Assembly (NCBI GenBank): GCA_963733675.1
Contig: CAVTET010000003.1
Location: 384,001-448,000, forward strand
DNA: 64,000 nt
Direction: 5' to 3'
Source of the DNA: an uncultured Methanosarcinaceae archaeon
GTDB taxonomy: Archaea > Halobacteriota > Methanosarcinia > Methanosarcinales > Methanosarcinaceae
In this document: positions 45,335 through 56,638 of the stretch, in pieces
Position numbering within the stretch: position 1 is the first letter of the stretch
How the letters are laid out: every line of letters begins with the position of its first letter
Program-made: the position numbers and the translations under genes
Notes under the pieces: generated by a model
Told to the model about the DNA's origin: nothing
The model's input: only the letters and a program-made list of their open reading frames with translations
Database searches by the model: none

Positions 45335-46078
45335 ATGAATGTGTCACGAAAATCTTGGCCTATTTCACTGGTAATATTCACAGTTTGGCTAAGTTTCATA
45401 GTGGTAGGAGGACTTCTACAAATTGAGGGGCATCACATTCAACTTGAAAAATTAGTTGAAAAACAGATAATGTTTGGGGAGCTTGTTGAAATTATCTTTT
45501 TGACTGGAGTTATTACTTATTTGAGATGGTGGCCTCAAGTTGGGTGGAAAAGCCCAAATAATTTACCAGATTTACGTTTATTGTGGCCACCAGCCCTATC
45601 TCTTCTATTCATGCTGCTGATCGTATTATATTCAAATCTACCATCAATCAGGGTTCTTATGATTGTAATGATCAATACCTTAATGGTAGGAATCAGCGAG
45701 GAATTGATGTTTCGTAGCATCTTGTTATATGGGGCTTCATCATCATTTGGGATCTGGCGTGCAGTATGGATCACATCGATTATTTTTGGTTCAGTCCATA
45801 TATTAAACAGCTTAATCACCGGAGATTTTAGAGCGAGCATACTTCAGGCCTTTTTTGCAGGTACGTTTGGTATCTGGACTGCAGCTTTGTGAATTCGTCT
45901 AAACACAATTATTCCAGTAATCATAATTCATTGGTTGTGGGATTTCCTGTCATTTCTGACAAATTCCATTTGGGATCTGGAATTGCTTCCTTTTTCTCTT
46001 GTGCTCTTCATTTATGGTCTCTGGTTATTACAAAATTATCGACGCGGCGAAATCAAATCGCTAAGGGATCAATATTAA
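45335..46078 (+). pseudogene. CPBP/Abi (CAAX protease-like) membrane metalloprotease with one nonsense codon
   Basis: EELMFR and FGSVH motifs; TGA at 45890-45892, then in-frame IRLNTIIPVIIIHWLWDF... to TAA at 46078. Confidence 0.85.
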
Positions 46079-46461
46079 TCCAATAACTTATTGAGAGATC
46101 GATTGATAGGCTATTTGATGGCTAAACTCTACACGATGTTCTTATTACAGATTCACAGAAATGGTAGATTGACAAGATATCTGAGACCTAGTTCACTATT
46201 GTCTAAGTGCTTGTCAATTAGTCTGGAAATATCGTTATTGTTAGTCACTCATGCAACATTTTATGCACACGGTTCCGCAGCCGACATCCAGCTATCTCAG
46301 AAGACACTGAGTTAAATCAATTAAGTTACTCCGGATATTGTACCTATCAGGAATAGATCAATCCCGGAAGGCATGTAGACAAATTCCCCCTTGTATACCA
46401 AGTGGATCGTTAGAAATTCAACTGACCGAGTAAGATAAACAGATTGCATAAAGAGAAAATT

Positions 46462-46720
46462 ATGGATAGCACAACGAAAATCCAACCACCTCTGCAGGTG
46501 GTCCAGCGAAATGCCTGGCTAAAAGCTTTATCCATTGCAGTAAATTTCTATATTCTCTTACTTTCAGTCTTGTTACTAACTGGTAATTCCAATCTGTTTC
46601 CAGTTTTGGTGATGGTAGGTAGCTTTATGGTTCCAGTTGCCTATGTAGCATTTTTTATGAGTGCAAGGGTTTCAGCCAACTAACGTTGCCAACTGTTTCC
46701 CAGGCTTTCATGTGTTATTA
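46462..46720 (+). pseudogene. N-terminal fragment of a PrsW-like membrane protease
   Basis: TGNSNLFPVLVMVGSFMVPVAYVAFF resembles PrsW-family N-termini; frameshifted and truncated. Confidence 0.5.
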
Positions 46721-47128
46721 TCTATTTAGAAGAATTTTAGCAATCAGGCGCAAACAAGTAATATTCTTGCTCTTTTAGAATAAGCGTCATGAATCTTCTT
46801 TAGTAGTGCTATTTTCAAAAATCCAGTCTACATCTCAACTTTTTTAGGCTATTGTTTAATTATCACAGCAGCTTATATTGTAAGCAGAAGAGATTGAATA
46901 GGTTAATGACATCTTAGGTGATTACTCTAAATCTTCTATAATACCTACAATATCCTTCCCGAGTCTATTCAAAGTTTTTTTATAGCAATAATTTTCATAA
47001 AACAATCAATACATGGTACAATTAAGTCCATTGAGAAATAGCTTGGTTATGCTAAGTTTTAGGTTTAAAATAGAGTAGCATCATCATAACAGTAAACTAT
47101 ATTATGGATTTGGGAAAACAATGATATA

Positions 47129-47605
47129 ATGGATGGAAGAAGAGTAGAAAAAGGACCAGTGCAACTGGATGTAGGCATAGTTTTATCAAGCGTTGGAGGA
47201 AACTCCAGTCATGATAGGGATCAATTCCATGGTCTTGTTTCCTTGTCTGGTATTGATTTTGGACTCTATGTTGGGCCATCGTATAATCTTTTTGAGAATA
47301 TAGGACCCAGTATCGGTATCGGTTTACTCATAGGGCACAATGGTTTCCTAGCTGCGAAATTAGGCATCCATTTCAGGAGAACATTTGGTTTAGCTATGCT
47401 AATTCCTATAGTTCCTATTTATGGTGCTACTGGAGCGAGCATTTTAGCTGCCCTGCCTATTTCAGAAGGAACTAAAGCCATGGCAACTATCCCGCTTATG
47501 TTAGTCCCAGCAGCTTTTGTATACCAAGAAGATATCAAAGAATTACGTAGGCTTGGAGCAGAAATTTTAATGAAATTAAGGTCTTATATATCAGGGAAAC
47601 TATAA
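47129..47605 (+). CDS. Hypothetical membrane protein
   Basis: 158-aa Gly-rich ORF with hydrophobic C-terminal half. Confidence 0.5.
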   Translation: MDGRRVEKGPVQLDVGIVLSSVGGNSSHDRDQFHGLVSLSGIDFGLYVGPSYNLFENIGPSIGIGLLIGHNGFLAAKLGIHFRRTFGLAMLIPIVPIYGATGASILAALPISEGTKAMATIPLMLVPAAFVYQEDIKELRRLGAEILMKLRSYISGKL

Positions 47606-48032
47606 TCACTGTCAACTATACTGTGACATTATTGTATGTATATGCGTATATTAGTTTGATTACGAGTGTGGATATGTTTACTAGGAATGATATTGCTAAT
47701 GCAATTTAATAGTTCCTACAACAAAAGCGAGTAGCTTAAATTTTAAGATTTATTATTGGTTTAAAGTATTTTTGAAATTCTTTTATTATTTTATGGTTAT
47801 TATATTCAATTTTCTCATTTTCACTCTAAATCGTGTAAAACAATAAAATTTTAATTTCATTGAAATTAATTCCATTTATATCCGTTAAGATATAATCTAT
47901 AAGAAGTGTGTCATTTTGGCTGTTTTTTCCTGAAAAACTATAAATGCAAATCAAGACAAAAGATTATTGCAGTAGTCATTTTAGAGTTTTTAGAGTTAAT
48001 AGGTTCCTTAACCAAATACAAATGGGGATGAC

Positions 48033-48185
48033 ATGGTAGTGACAGAGGAGAAAGATCGCTGCGAAAGAGAAGAAAAGAAAAAAGACTCGTTGGAATCACT
48101 GCTTGAAGAAAAATTGAGAAATCAGGTTCGTTCGGATTATCGGCGCAGTCTAGGTAATGAATACCGCAGAAGATATCTGGAATGA
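48033..48185 (+). CDS. 50-aa highly charged small protein (not in ORF track)
   Basis: MVVTEEKDRCEREEKKKDSLESLLEEKLRNQVRSDYRRSLGNEYRRRYLE*; GGGGATGA RBS; long T-tract at ~48224-48260. Confidence 0.6.
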   Translation: MVVTEEKDRCEREEKKKDSLESLLEEKLRNQVRSDYRRSLGNEYRRRYLE

Positions 48186-48805
48186 TGCTCTATTTTCCAG
48201 ATAAACTCTTCTTCAAACGATGACTTTTGCTTTTTCTTTTTTTGTTTTCTTTTTTCTGTTGTCTCAGCTAACTTTATCAACAATCTTTATAATTATTTAG
48301 TTGGGGGTAAAAACAATATTATTCGCTATCTTATTTAATATTCAATTGGTAAGTTTTTTTGGACCCATATTCTCTAATTATAGCTATCAATCATGTTTTT
48401 CGCTTTTAATTGGTTATCAATCACACATTTTTAAAAACCAAAAAAATCATCGATATACTTGTTTGAGTAGAGTAATAATTATCAATCTTCTTTAATGCTT
48501 ATTTGTCCTGTTTTGAAAATCTATTTAGACTGCGTTGAAACAGTTTTCAAAACGCTTTTCTAAGATATTAATTTCTTCTGATGCTGGCATAAAGAAAATA
48601 ATTGGATTCCATTTGTTAATCAGCCTGTGACACGATTATACGAAAAATTGATTTATAAAAAAATAAAAAAGTAATACACTTATGTAGCCTCAAAGAAAAA
48701 TGTTATGAACTAGAATTGAAACTCGGTTAAGAATTTTCTTGCTTGCATAATATTGATTTCGGAGCAAAAATTATTTCCGAATTTAGAATATCAAAATTAA
48801 ATTTA

Positions 48806-49213
48806 TCATGGAATATATTTGTTTTCGAAAGGTACAAGGTATATCCCATCTGCCCTTTTTTGGCCTTTAACCAGTTCACAATGCCTCAGAAGAGCAAATT
48901 GGTTTTCTGTTTCTAGTAAGGATATCTCAAATTTTTGTGTAATTTCTTCCTTTTTTACTCCACCACTCGAGACGATGAATTCATAAATGGCTTTTTGCAG
49001 CTCAGTCAGTCCTTCAGTTCCTTCAAACCCAGCTTCTTTCCTAAATATTTTTTTTGAACGGACAGCCCAGGGATTACAAGCCTGAATTTTATGATGGCTC
49101 TCTATGTAACAGTCCTCACAGAAAATCTCGCCTTCTTCCTCAATAACATCTTCTCTTTCCAGTTCACCCCTGCAAACATGGCATTTGACGAGATTAGTTG
49201 TTTCTTCAGTCAA
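48806..49213 (-). CDS. Zn-finger plus winged-helix-like hypothetical protein
   Basis: CHVC...FCEDC, CNPWAVRS, LTELQKAIYEFI...QFALLRHCELV. Confidence 0.75.
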   Translation of the reverse strand: MTEETTNLVKCHVCRGELEREDVIEEEGEIFCEDCYIESHHKIQACNPWAVRSKKIFRKEAGFEGTEGLTELQKAIYEFIVSSGGVKKEEITQKFEISLLETENQFALLRHCELVKGQKRADGIYLVPFENKYIP

Positions 49214-49232
49214 TTTATATCACCTTATTTTT

Positions 49233-49562
49233 TTAAATGCCCAGTTTATCTAAAATTTCAAGAACAACTACCGACCCATAAGCTACTGCAGGTCCACCAG
49301 CCATTAATATAGCAGTACTCACAGCCTCTAAAATTTCCTCACGGGTTGCTCCCAATTTTACAGCTTCAGGAACGTGTTTCCAGAGACAGTATTCACAGTG
49401 AAGCGCCACTGCAATTCCCACAATAATGAGTTCTTTCGTTCTGGAACTGAGAGCGCCATCCTTAACAACTTCGGAATGGAGCCCGGAAAATGCATTCATC
49501 ACTTCTGGAAGTTGTTCAGCCATAATTTTTAGCTTTTCATCGATGTCAACTTTTTCTACCAA
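49233..49562 (-). CDS. Carboxymuconolactone decarboxylase / AhpD-like protein
   Basis: DGALSSRTKELI, HCEYC..KH, GATREEILEA, AGGPA. Confidence 0.9.
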   Translation of the reverse strand: MVEKVDIDEKLKIMAEQLPEVMNAFSGLHSEVVKDGALSSRTKELIIVGIAVALHCEYCLWKHVPEAVKLGATREEILEAVSTAILMAGGPAVAYGSVVVLEILDKLGI

Positions 49563-49594
49563 TGTTTCACTTCCTTGATGAGTTAGATTTTATA

Positions 49595-49682
49595 GAGAAT
49601 TTCGATAAACTCCTAAATTTTATCACATGCATATAATGGTATATAACTGGCTCGTGAAAATCAGAGGTTTATCGAAATCCTC
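49595..49682. mobile_element. MITE, copy G
   Basis: GAGAATTTCGATAAAC...GTTTATCGAAATCCTC with TATA duplicated on both sides. Confidence 0.88.
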
Positions 49683-49917
49683 TATAAACAATTTAAAGAT
49701 CTCTTATTTTCCATTTTTACTACTTCATAAGCTCAGAGTGCCTCATCACTTGTATTATGCAGTTGAACCGAATAATTAGTATATCGATTGCAAACTGCAT
49801 AAAAAGCTAAATGTTTGAATTCATTCCAAGAAAAATTAATTATCTTCCAAGTTATGCATCAATTTTAAAATCGATGCACTAGTAAGATTAAACTCCAAAT
49901 AATCTAAACTAAAATAT

Positions 49918-51576
49918 TTATAACTTACTCGAATGTGCTTTATTTTGTTCTTCAAGTGCATAAGTCCCAACTGGATCAGCTTTGATCCTTTCTTCTTCAG
50001 TGAGCTGGGAAAGTACGTTTTTAGGTTTCCCAATGTCTACAATTTTTCCATCGCGCATAAGTGCGACGCGGTCACATATCTCGTTTACAAAATCCATGTC
50101 GTGAGAAACTATAACGAAGGTTTCCCCAATATCTTCTCTAGCTTTAAGAATGGAAGTTGTCACCGATATCTTGGTAATTGGATCCATTGTTCCAGTTGGT
50201 TCATCCATGATGATGATTTTTGGCTCCTTTATAAGGACTTGTGCAAGTGCAATCCTATGCCGCTCTCCTTCGCTCATTTCATCAGCCATTTTTGGTAAAA
50301 TCGCTTTTGCCTTATTCTCTTCAAAGCCTGCAGCCTTGAGAGTCATTAAAGCTTTTCTGACACCAAGTTCGAAGGGTAAATCAAGACTAATGGATTCAGT
50401 GAGGTTATCTATTACAGAGCTATGAGTGTAAAGGCCGTATTCCTGGTGCAGGAATCCCATGTATTTAGTTGCTCTTCCCTTATTTTCGACTCCCAGCTTT
50501 GTCATATCAACCCATTCATCTCCTACTCGAACATCAACTTCTCCAGAAGTTGGTGGTAGAATTCCCATCAAAATTTTCGAGGTGGTAGTCTTGCCTGCCC
50601 CACTGACACCTACTAGCCCGAAGATCTCTCCTTCTTTTATATCAAAAGAGATCCCATCCACAGCTCTTACTACGCCACGGTCTACAGAGATATAACGTTT
50701 CGAGAGGTCCCTTACTCGGATGATCGGCTCACCAACCATGGTGTTTTGTTCGTGCCTCACCGCACATGCGTTATTCATAAAGACTGCAGAAACTTCAAGA
50801 GGATTACCTTCCAGAACTACCTCTCCGTTTTCAAGAAGAATCGCCTTATCTGTGAGCTTCTCGATAACTTCAGGCCAGTGAGATGTGAGGACCATACTCA
50901 TATTATAATTTCTCACTACCTTAATCATAACATCATGGACCAGTTTAGCAGTCATTGGATCAAGGGTACCGGTAGGCTCGTCAGCTAACAGAAGCAATGG
51001 ATTTCTTACCAGTTGTCTTGCAAGTACAACCCTCTGTTTTTCTCCACCTGAAAGTTCTCTTGCAATATGCATCATGCGGTGGCTCAAATGTACTTCTTCC
51101 AGCAGTTCAACCGCTTTTCTTATGGAATCTTGACCTAGGTACTCAATTTCATTTAAGGAGTTTATAACATTTACAATAACTCTTTCATCTCCATAAAGAG
51201 CAAAGGTACGCTGGAGCATGATCGCAATTCTTTTGCTAATATCTTTCCTTATCGGTTCGTAAAGAGAAATTTTTATGAAATCAACGTCGAAAGCTTCAAG
51301 CGTCTCTCCACAGACAGGACATTTCTGGCCTTTCTTGCTGGGACAATCTATGTATCTGCACTTCTTGCAACGGGCCAGATAATAAATAACTTCACCTGAG
51401 ATATTTTCAAAAGACTCAGTCCCACGCAACACATGCATCAGAATTGTTTTTCCGGAGCCGCTTTTTCCTAGAACTCCGACAATTTCTCCCTCATTAATAC
51501 TTAAATTTATGTCTTTCAGCACCTTGAGACCATCGAGATCTACGGTTAAATTCTTAATGTCAATGAATACAGGCAC
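49918..51576 (-). CDS. atwA: Methyl-coenzyme M reductase system component A2 (dual ABC-ATPase)
   Basis: Two Walker A motifs ([16 protein letters not shown]), Zn insert CKKC...[44 protein letters not shown]; start set at GTG 51576 behind GGAGG. Confidence 0.93.
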   Translation of the reverse strand: MPVFIDIKNLTVDLDGLKVLKDINLSINEGEIVGVLGKSGSGKTILMHVLRGTESFENISGEVIYYLARCKKCRYIDCPSKKGQKCPVCGETLEAFDVDFIKISLYEPIRKDISKRIAIMLQRTFALYGDERVIVNVINSLNEIEYLGQDSIRKAVELLEEVHLSHRMMHIARELSGGEKQRVVLARQLVRNPLLLLADEPTGTLDPMTAKLVHDVMIKVVRNYNMSMVLTSHWPEVIEKLTDKAILLENGEVVLEGNPLEVSAVFMNNACAVRHEQNTMVGEPIIRVRDLSKRYISVDRGVVRAVDGISFDIKEGEIFGLVGVSGAGKTTTSKILMGILPPTSGEVDVRVGDEWVDMTKLGVENKGRATKYMGFLHQEYGLYTHSSVIDNLTESISLDLPFELGVRKALMTLKAAGFEENKAKAILPKMADEMSEGERHRIALAQVLIKEPKIIIMDEPTGTMDPITKISVTTSILKAREDIGETFVIVSHDMDFVNEICDRVALMRDGKIVDIGKPKNVLSQLTEEERIKADPVGTYALEEQNKAHSSKL

Positions 51577-51884
51577 GACTTTTCCTCCGTAATTATAAGC
51601 TATAATAACATTCTGATGGATGTTTGTTACCAGTCTGAGCATATATCTTACATTATAAATAATCATTTTAAGTTGATGGCACAATAAAATAATCTATATA
51701 TTTGATATGTTCGGATCATAACTGTATACGGACTTTAATTTGACAGAATCTCATGACGTTCTTTTAAAATCATCAGATATTCCGGTAAAAGGTGTGGACT
51801 TTTGTAAGATCAGTAAAAAAACGTGATGAAATAACTTAAACATGAAAGATCCTCGATGTAAGGAGAAGGCTTAAATTTTAAATT

Positions 51885-52574
51885 TTATTTAGGACATATT
51901 TCCTTTAGGCCGGAAACAACATTCTCTAGAAGTTCAATAGGGATCCCCATGATCATTTCTTCATCGGCGATTTTGGTGTAAGATCTGCTGCCACTGCAAC
52001 CGACAGTGACTCCTATTTTACCTTCCTTATACACCTGTACAACACCGTCAGAGCATAAGCTCTGCTTTCCTGCGAAACTGGCTTCAAGCCTGCCTCCTGT
52101 CTTGTACATAAAAGCTTGTGTGAGTAACATGATTTGTTTTGGGTTGCAGATGATCACAACAACATCCGGAATGAAAGAGGTTTTTTCCAGAGGAGAATAT
52201 AAGACGGCTTCGGTTGAATTTGAAGGAAGCTTAGGAACCATGGAAACTGTCCGAATTGCAGCACCTTGGGTGCTGAACTGTTTAAGTTCTTTATAATAAA
52301 ATTCCCCACTTGCGACTTTTGCAGGAATTTCCCCAAGGCCCATTGCACCAGCTCCACCTTTGCACATTTGATCTTCGCCAAGGGTATAGAACTCCTCGCC
52401 TGTTCTTCTTACTCTATCAACCAACTGACAGTGTCTCATAGCTCCATCTACCTTTTCGATGCCCTTGGGAACTTCTTCTACTTTCGGAATCAATTTTACT
52501 GCAACCGGAGATGTTGTGAGTTTAAGGCACTCCACTAGTTCCCGTCCATAGCTGTTTATCTCTTTTATATCCAT
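51885..52574 (-). CDS. DUF169 family protein
   Basis: LTTSPVAVKL, RHCQ, CKGGAGAMG, QSLCSD, VGCSGSR, EEMIMGIP. Confidence 0.88.
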   Translation of the reverse strand: MDIKEINSYGRELVECLKLTTSPVAVKLIPKVEEVPKGIEKVDGAMRHCQLVDRVRRTGEEFYTLGEDQMCKGGAGAMGLGEIPAKVASGEFYYKELKQFSTQGAAIRTVSMVPKLPSNSTEAVLYSPLEKTSFIPDVVVIICNPKQIMLLTQAFMYKTGGRLEASFAGKQSLCSDGVVQVYKEGKIGVTVGCSGSRSYTKIADEEMIMGIPIELLENVVSGLKEICPK

Positions 52575-52933
52575 ACTTTTAACTCCATTTTTATTGAGAT
52601 TTGAATCCTGCATCCTCACCTAAATACAAAAGGATCATTTCAATATACTATTAGATAGAGCACAGATTTTGATGCTAAATTATTAATGTAATATACTTCG
52701 GATTTATACTTGAACAATAAAATTGATCCTAGTAATCGCTGTGATTTGAATTAGCATTTTAAATAGTTAAAGGTTTAATGATCCTGATTTTTCAGTTCAC
52801 TGCGTAGCTCCTAGTGCTATTAAATATCCCAATTTGGCCTGCTTTAGCTTTTTTCTCATAGGTGTTATAAGCGCCAGATCTTTATTCTCGCAGAAATCAC
52901 ATGATTCTTACACATATCACTTATTATCTCACT

Positions 52934-53308
52934 TTAGTGATGAGAACAGTTACAAGTGCCATTTGTAGATAATTCCTGCAGCATTCCATTGTTATAGTCC
53001 TGAAGAGCATCGGAAACCTTACCCATAGCTCCCGCAAATACCTTTATTTTATTTTCTACCAGGGATATTAATGGCCTTCCACCGATGCCTGAGACGAGTA
53101 CTGTCTCAACATTGTGCGATTTGAGGATTAGCGAAGGGATGGTACAGTTGTGCTCGCCATCAGGAGACACATTGTTTATTGTCCCAATGTCTGTAATGGC
53201 TTGGTCCTGTACATCTACAATTGTAAAATATTCGCACGAGCCAAAATGGGCACATACATCCGATTCCAGTCCACCGTTATTCATCGATGGTATTGCAATT
53301 TTTGTCAT
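52934..53308 (-). CDS. NifB/NifX-family cluster-binding protein
   Basis: KIAIPS, VCAHFGSCEYFTIVD, VSGIGGRP, C-terminal CNCSHH. Confidence 0.88.
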   Translation of the reverse strand: MTKIAIPSMNNGGLESDVCAHFGSCEYFTIVDVQDQAITDIGTINNVSPDGEHNCTIPSLILKSHNVETVLVSGIGGRPLISLVENKIKVFAGAMGKVSDALQDYNNGMLQELSTNGTCNCSHH

Positions 53309-53825
53309 TTCTTACACTTCTTGTTTTAGTAGTTATCTCTGCTTTTCCTTTGTTTTTGGGGCAGCAGTAATTGTTCTTAATAAACCTTTTTCCCTTTCCA
53401 TCGCCGCTGGTTCGGTAAATAATGCCGGAACCACACTTGGGACAGATTGTGGGGCGTCCCTCATAGCATTGTAATTTCCACTCATTCTCACATCCTTTGC
53501 AGATGAAGTCGATCTGACACTCGCCGCTATTTATGTACTCCCCTCCAGAAATCTCGATTGCTTTACCATTGACTAGGGCATCAACTACTTTCTCTCTGGC
53601 TTTTTGCAAGTCGTTCCAGAAGGTTTTCCTGGAGACACCCATCATTTCAGCAGCATCATTCTGCTCTACATTGAGGAGATCGCAAAGACGGAGAGCCTCA
53701 AGGTTTTCGATGGATAAGTTGATAGTTTCGAGATCACAGAACGGTACCTCCCTGGGTTTATAATAGGTGGCTTTTGGGAAGCAGGATACTCTGCGCTTAA
53801 CTCTATTGACCATCAAGGTATACAT
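53277..53825 (-). CDS. DUF134 HTH protein with C-terminal Zn ribbon
   Basis: YYKP, EALRLCD...QNDAAEMMGVSRKTF...AREKVVDALVNGKAIEISGG, CKGC...CPKCGS. Confidence 0.9.
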   Translation of the reverse strand: MYTLMVNRVKRRVSCFPKATYYKPREVPFCDLETINLSIENLEALRLCDLLNVEQNDAAEMMGVSRKTFWNDLQKAREKVVDALVNGKAIEISGGEYINSGECQIDFICKGCENEWKLQCYEGRPTICPKCGSGIIYRTSGDGKGKRFIKNNYCCPKNKGKAEITTKTRSVRNDKNCNTIDE

Positions 53826-53895
53826 ATGAGATATATTATAAATAACTTCCTAATTGGTTATGGAATATTTCCATACTTTGACCTTGAAAATACCA

Positions 53896-54860
53896 TTAAT
53901 AATCAAAGCAAATGCAAAATACCATATCAACATCAGCAGTATAATAATAAGCAGCTATCAGCATCAAGCCTGGGATCCCGAAGGTTGAGATTGCAAAAGT
54001 TACGATCATATTGCCAAATATGGCTATTATGAGTGTTTTGTTGGGAATCGACTCCAAGAAGTCGCTCTTCTCTCTCAACATAAGTATCAATTAGCATTCC
54101 TCCGTAGATCAGCATTTCAAAGACAAATGTATGCAGTCTCGTGTCGCATGTTAGTCTCAAGTGAGGCTCAGATGTCTCATCTCGACATCAGAGTAGCCAG
54201 AAAGATTCTGCTACTCAACATGCTCAACAATACCACCAATCTTTGCCAGCATTGCTATGTCCTAATACTAGGTTTTTCTGGCAAATCTAGTGTTATCAAT
54301 TTCTATATATGTGGTGAAGAAATCGATCAAAAAAAAGTAGCTGGACAATTTCAAAAGTATCATATGAAGTAGCGCTCATTGATAAATAATGCAATCCTGA
54401 TATAAGAAACAAAAAAAGTTAATGGCAAGCAAATAAGACTACTTGCAGAAGATTCCAAGGTCTTTTGACGCTATGGCCAACCAGTCCCCATCCCAGAGTG
54501 CTTGTCATCTTAACGTTGAATTTTCGCTTGAGCGATTTCACAGTCATTGATGAAGGCTGTTCCTGGAAAACCCAGCATCTCATTATGCAGAACAAGAAGA
54601 TTATGATGATAAAGCCGACATATTGTTCTAAGTGTAATAGAGGGCTATGGTGATTTCAAACATTTAGTGAATGAGGTCCAAGAACATATTTAAATAAGTA
54701 AAGTATTTTGCCTTTTCGCAAATACTTCATTATCTTCTGCTTTATAAATTCTATATGAATCTTTTCTTTATATAAGTCAATTTTTGAGTAAGTATTTAAT
54801 CGTTCGATAGTTCCATCGATGGATATTCCTATGTACTCTTACTCTTCAGTAGGAAATTTC
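53896..54860 (-). pseudogene. Plasma-membrane-type H+ P-type ATPase relic with the central region deleted
   Basis: N-terminal traces (MFEITIAL...GFIIIIFL...KSLKRKFNVK) joined to C-terminal TM traces (LHTFVFEMLIYGG...SIPNKTLIIAIFGN...FGIPGLM). Confidence 0.6.
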
Positions 54861-54934
54861 TGACCAACTATAATATTATCATCCCAAATAATCCTACTCG
54901 GGCAAATACTATTTCAATAATATTGACCGATTTT

Positions 54935-55574
54935 ATGAAAATTAACCATCTTTACAGGAAGATCAATTGATGTAGGAGTTAAAAATCTGGATTTTTGATA
55001 CTGTTGTACAATTTCATGGCCATGTCTGCCAGGACTTTCAATTGTCTATAGGGCAGCATTACTAGCTACCGATCACTTTAGAGACTGGAGGAGCACAGAG
55101 GAAGAATCAGTTGCAATTGTGGAAAATAAATCCTGTGTTATTGATGCTATTCAGGTCATAAATGGCTATACTTGCGGGAATGAAAGTCTTGTTTTTAAAG
55201 ATTATGGGAAGCATGTTTGCACATATTTCAAAAGAGGCGATAAAAAGGGCATCAGGATTTATTTGAAACCAACTGTCCTTTAACAGGACTAAAAGCGTGT
55301 TACACTCTTTGCAAAAATAAGGATTGACACTGCAAGCCCAGAGGAGATTAAGGATTTTCGAGCCTTACACGAAGCAAAAAGCCAGAGGGTCCTAGAAATG
55401 CTAGAGGAAAAACTTTTCTGGGTATGGGAAGTGGCAATAAAGCTTTCAGAAAAAGTCATAATTTACTCTAATCTGATCTGTAGCAAATGTGGAGAAGGTT
55501 TTATGGAACCTCTGGGAAGAGTTAGAAATGGAAAAGTAGTATGTATCCCGTGCTTTGAGGCAAAAGATAAGTGA
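54935..55574 (+). pseudogene. FmdE-family protein, disrupted
   Basis: QFHGHVC, VAIVENKSCVIDAIQVING, FKDYGKH, CSKCGEGFME...VCIPCF; frameshifts and stops. Confidence 0.85.
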
Positions 55575-56143
55575 ATACCTGAAAATAATTCCTTATACAA
55601 TAGAAACGATATCTACAGACGTTGTAGAAAATTATTACTCTGAATCTGTCTACGATGAAGAAATCTATCAGAAAGTTTAAAAACTCTTCCCGAAAATTGT
55701 TGGAAATTATTTTATTCTTATTCAGTTAAAATACAAAATATCTAAAAAAAGGTCTATATTGTGTTATTTTTGTACTAAGAAACTTACATTAAAGTCGGAA
55801 AATCGCTACACTTAGCTTTCGAAGCTGTGCATAAAAATCGTTAAACTCTGAAGAATGAGAATTACTTAAAAAAGCTGTTTCAGATCTCATATATAATGGT
55901 TACTCTAAGCAATAAACTGAATGCAAAAAACATTTAATGCCTGTTACTAAATAACCTAGACAATACATAATTATTTTGAAATAATTTCCATGTCAGTTTC
56001 CTAATCTTGTGTCAATATCTCTGAACAATACACTTGTTGCTTTTGTTTTGGGAATAGCTAACCAGCTCAACTTATTTGAAGTAATGGCTTCAATATTATT
56101 ATAAAATATATAATGCTACAGAGAATACTCAAAAAGGAGTTTA

Positions 56144-56638
56144 ATGAAAGATCGTAAGGAGAACATTTTTATGTCAATAATAAATACCGCACAAGGAGTA
56201 GGAGGTATCCTGAACAATTTCAGGAGCCTTGCAAACGGAGCAGAAAAAATAACTTTTGTGGGAACTCCAGGTTTCTGCACTCCCTTTGCTGAACTTCTAA
56301 GTTTTGTAGTTCGGGACAGAAAACTTGCTTTTATCCCAGGTCTAATTTTTGAGCAAGCCAGATTGATTCATATGACTCTTGAGGGTATGCAGCTTGGCGA
56401 GCTCACAGATGCACATGCTGATGTGATAGTCTTGCTCGGAGGGCTTGCAATGCCGAAGACGGAGATTAATCCTGAAAAAGCAAACGAAATTGTCAAAAAG
56501 GTCCTCGAAAATTCGAAAAAAGGAAAAATTATTGGATTATGTTTTCAGTCCATATTCATGCAACAGAAATGGGATAAAATAATCAACTTTGATTATATCA
56601 TCAACGCTGATTTGGCTGTTGAAGTGCTAGAGATCTAA
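56144..56638 (+). CDS. DUF2124 family protein
   Basis: GTPGFCTPFAELL, VLLGGLAMP, IGLCFQSIF, FDYIINAD; start may be 56171. Confidence 0.85.
   Translation: MKDRKENIFMSIINTAQGVGGILNNFRSLANGAEKITFVGTPGFCTPFAELLSFVVRDRKLAFIPGLIFEQARLIHMTLEGMQLGELTDAHADVIVLLGGLAMPKTEINPEKANEIVKKVLENSKKGKIIGLCFQSIFMQQKWDKIINFDYIINADLAVEVLEI

Noticed and set aside
45890-45892. Selenocysteine at the in-frame TGA of the CPBP gene
   Set aside because: The position fits Arg (CGA to TGA), not a catalytic Cys, and Methanosarcina is not known to use selenocysteine.
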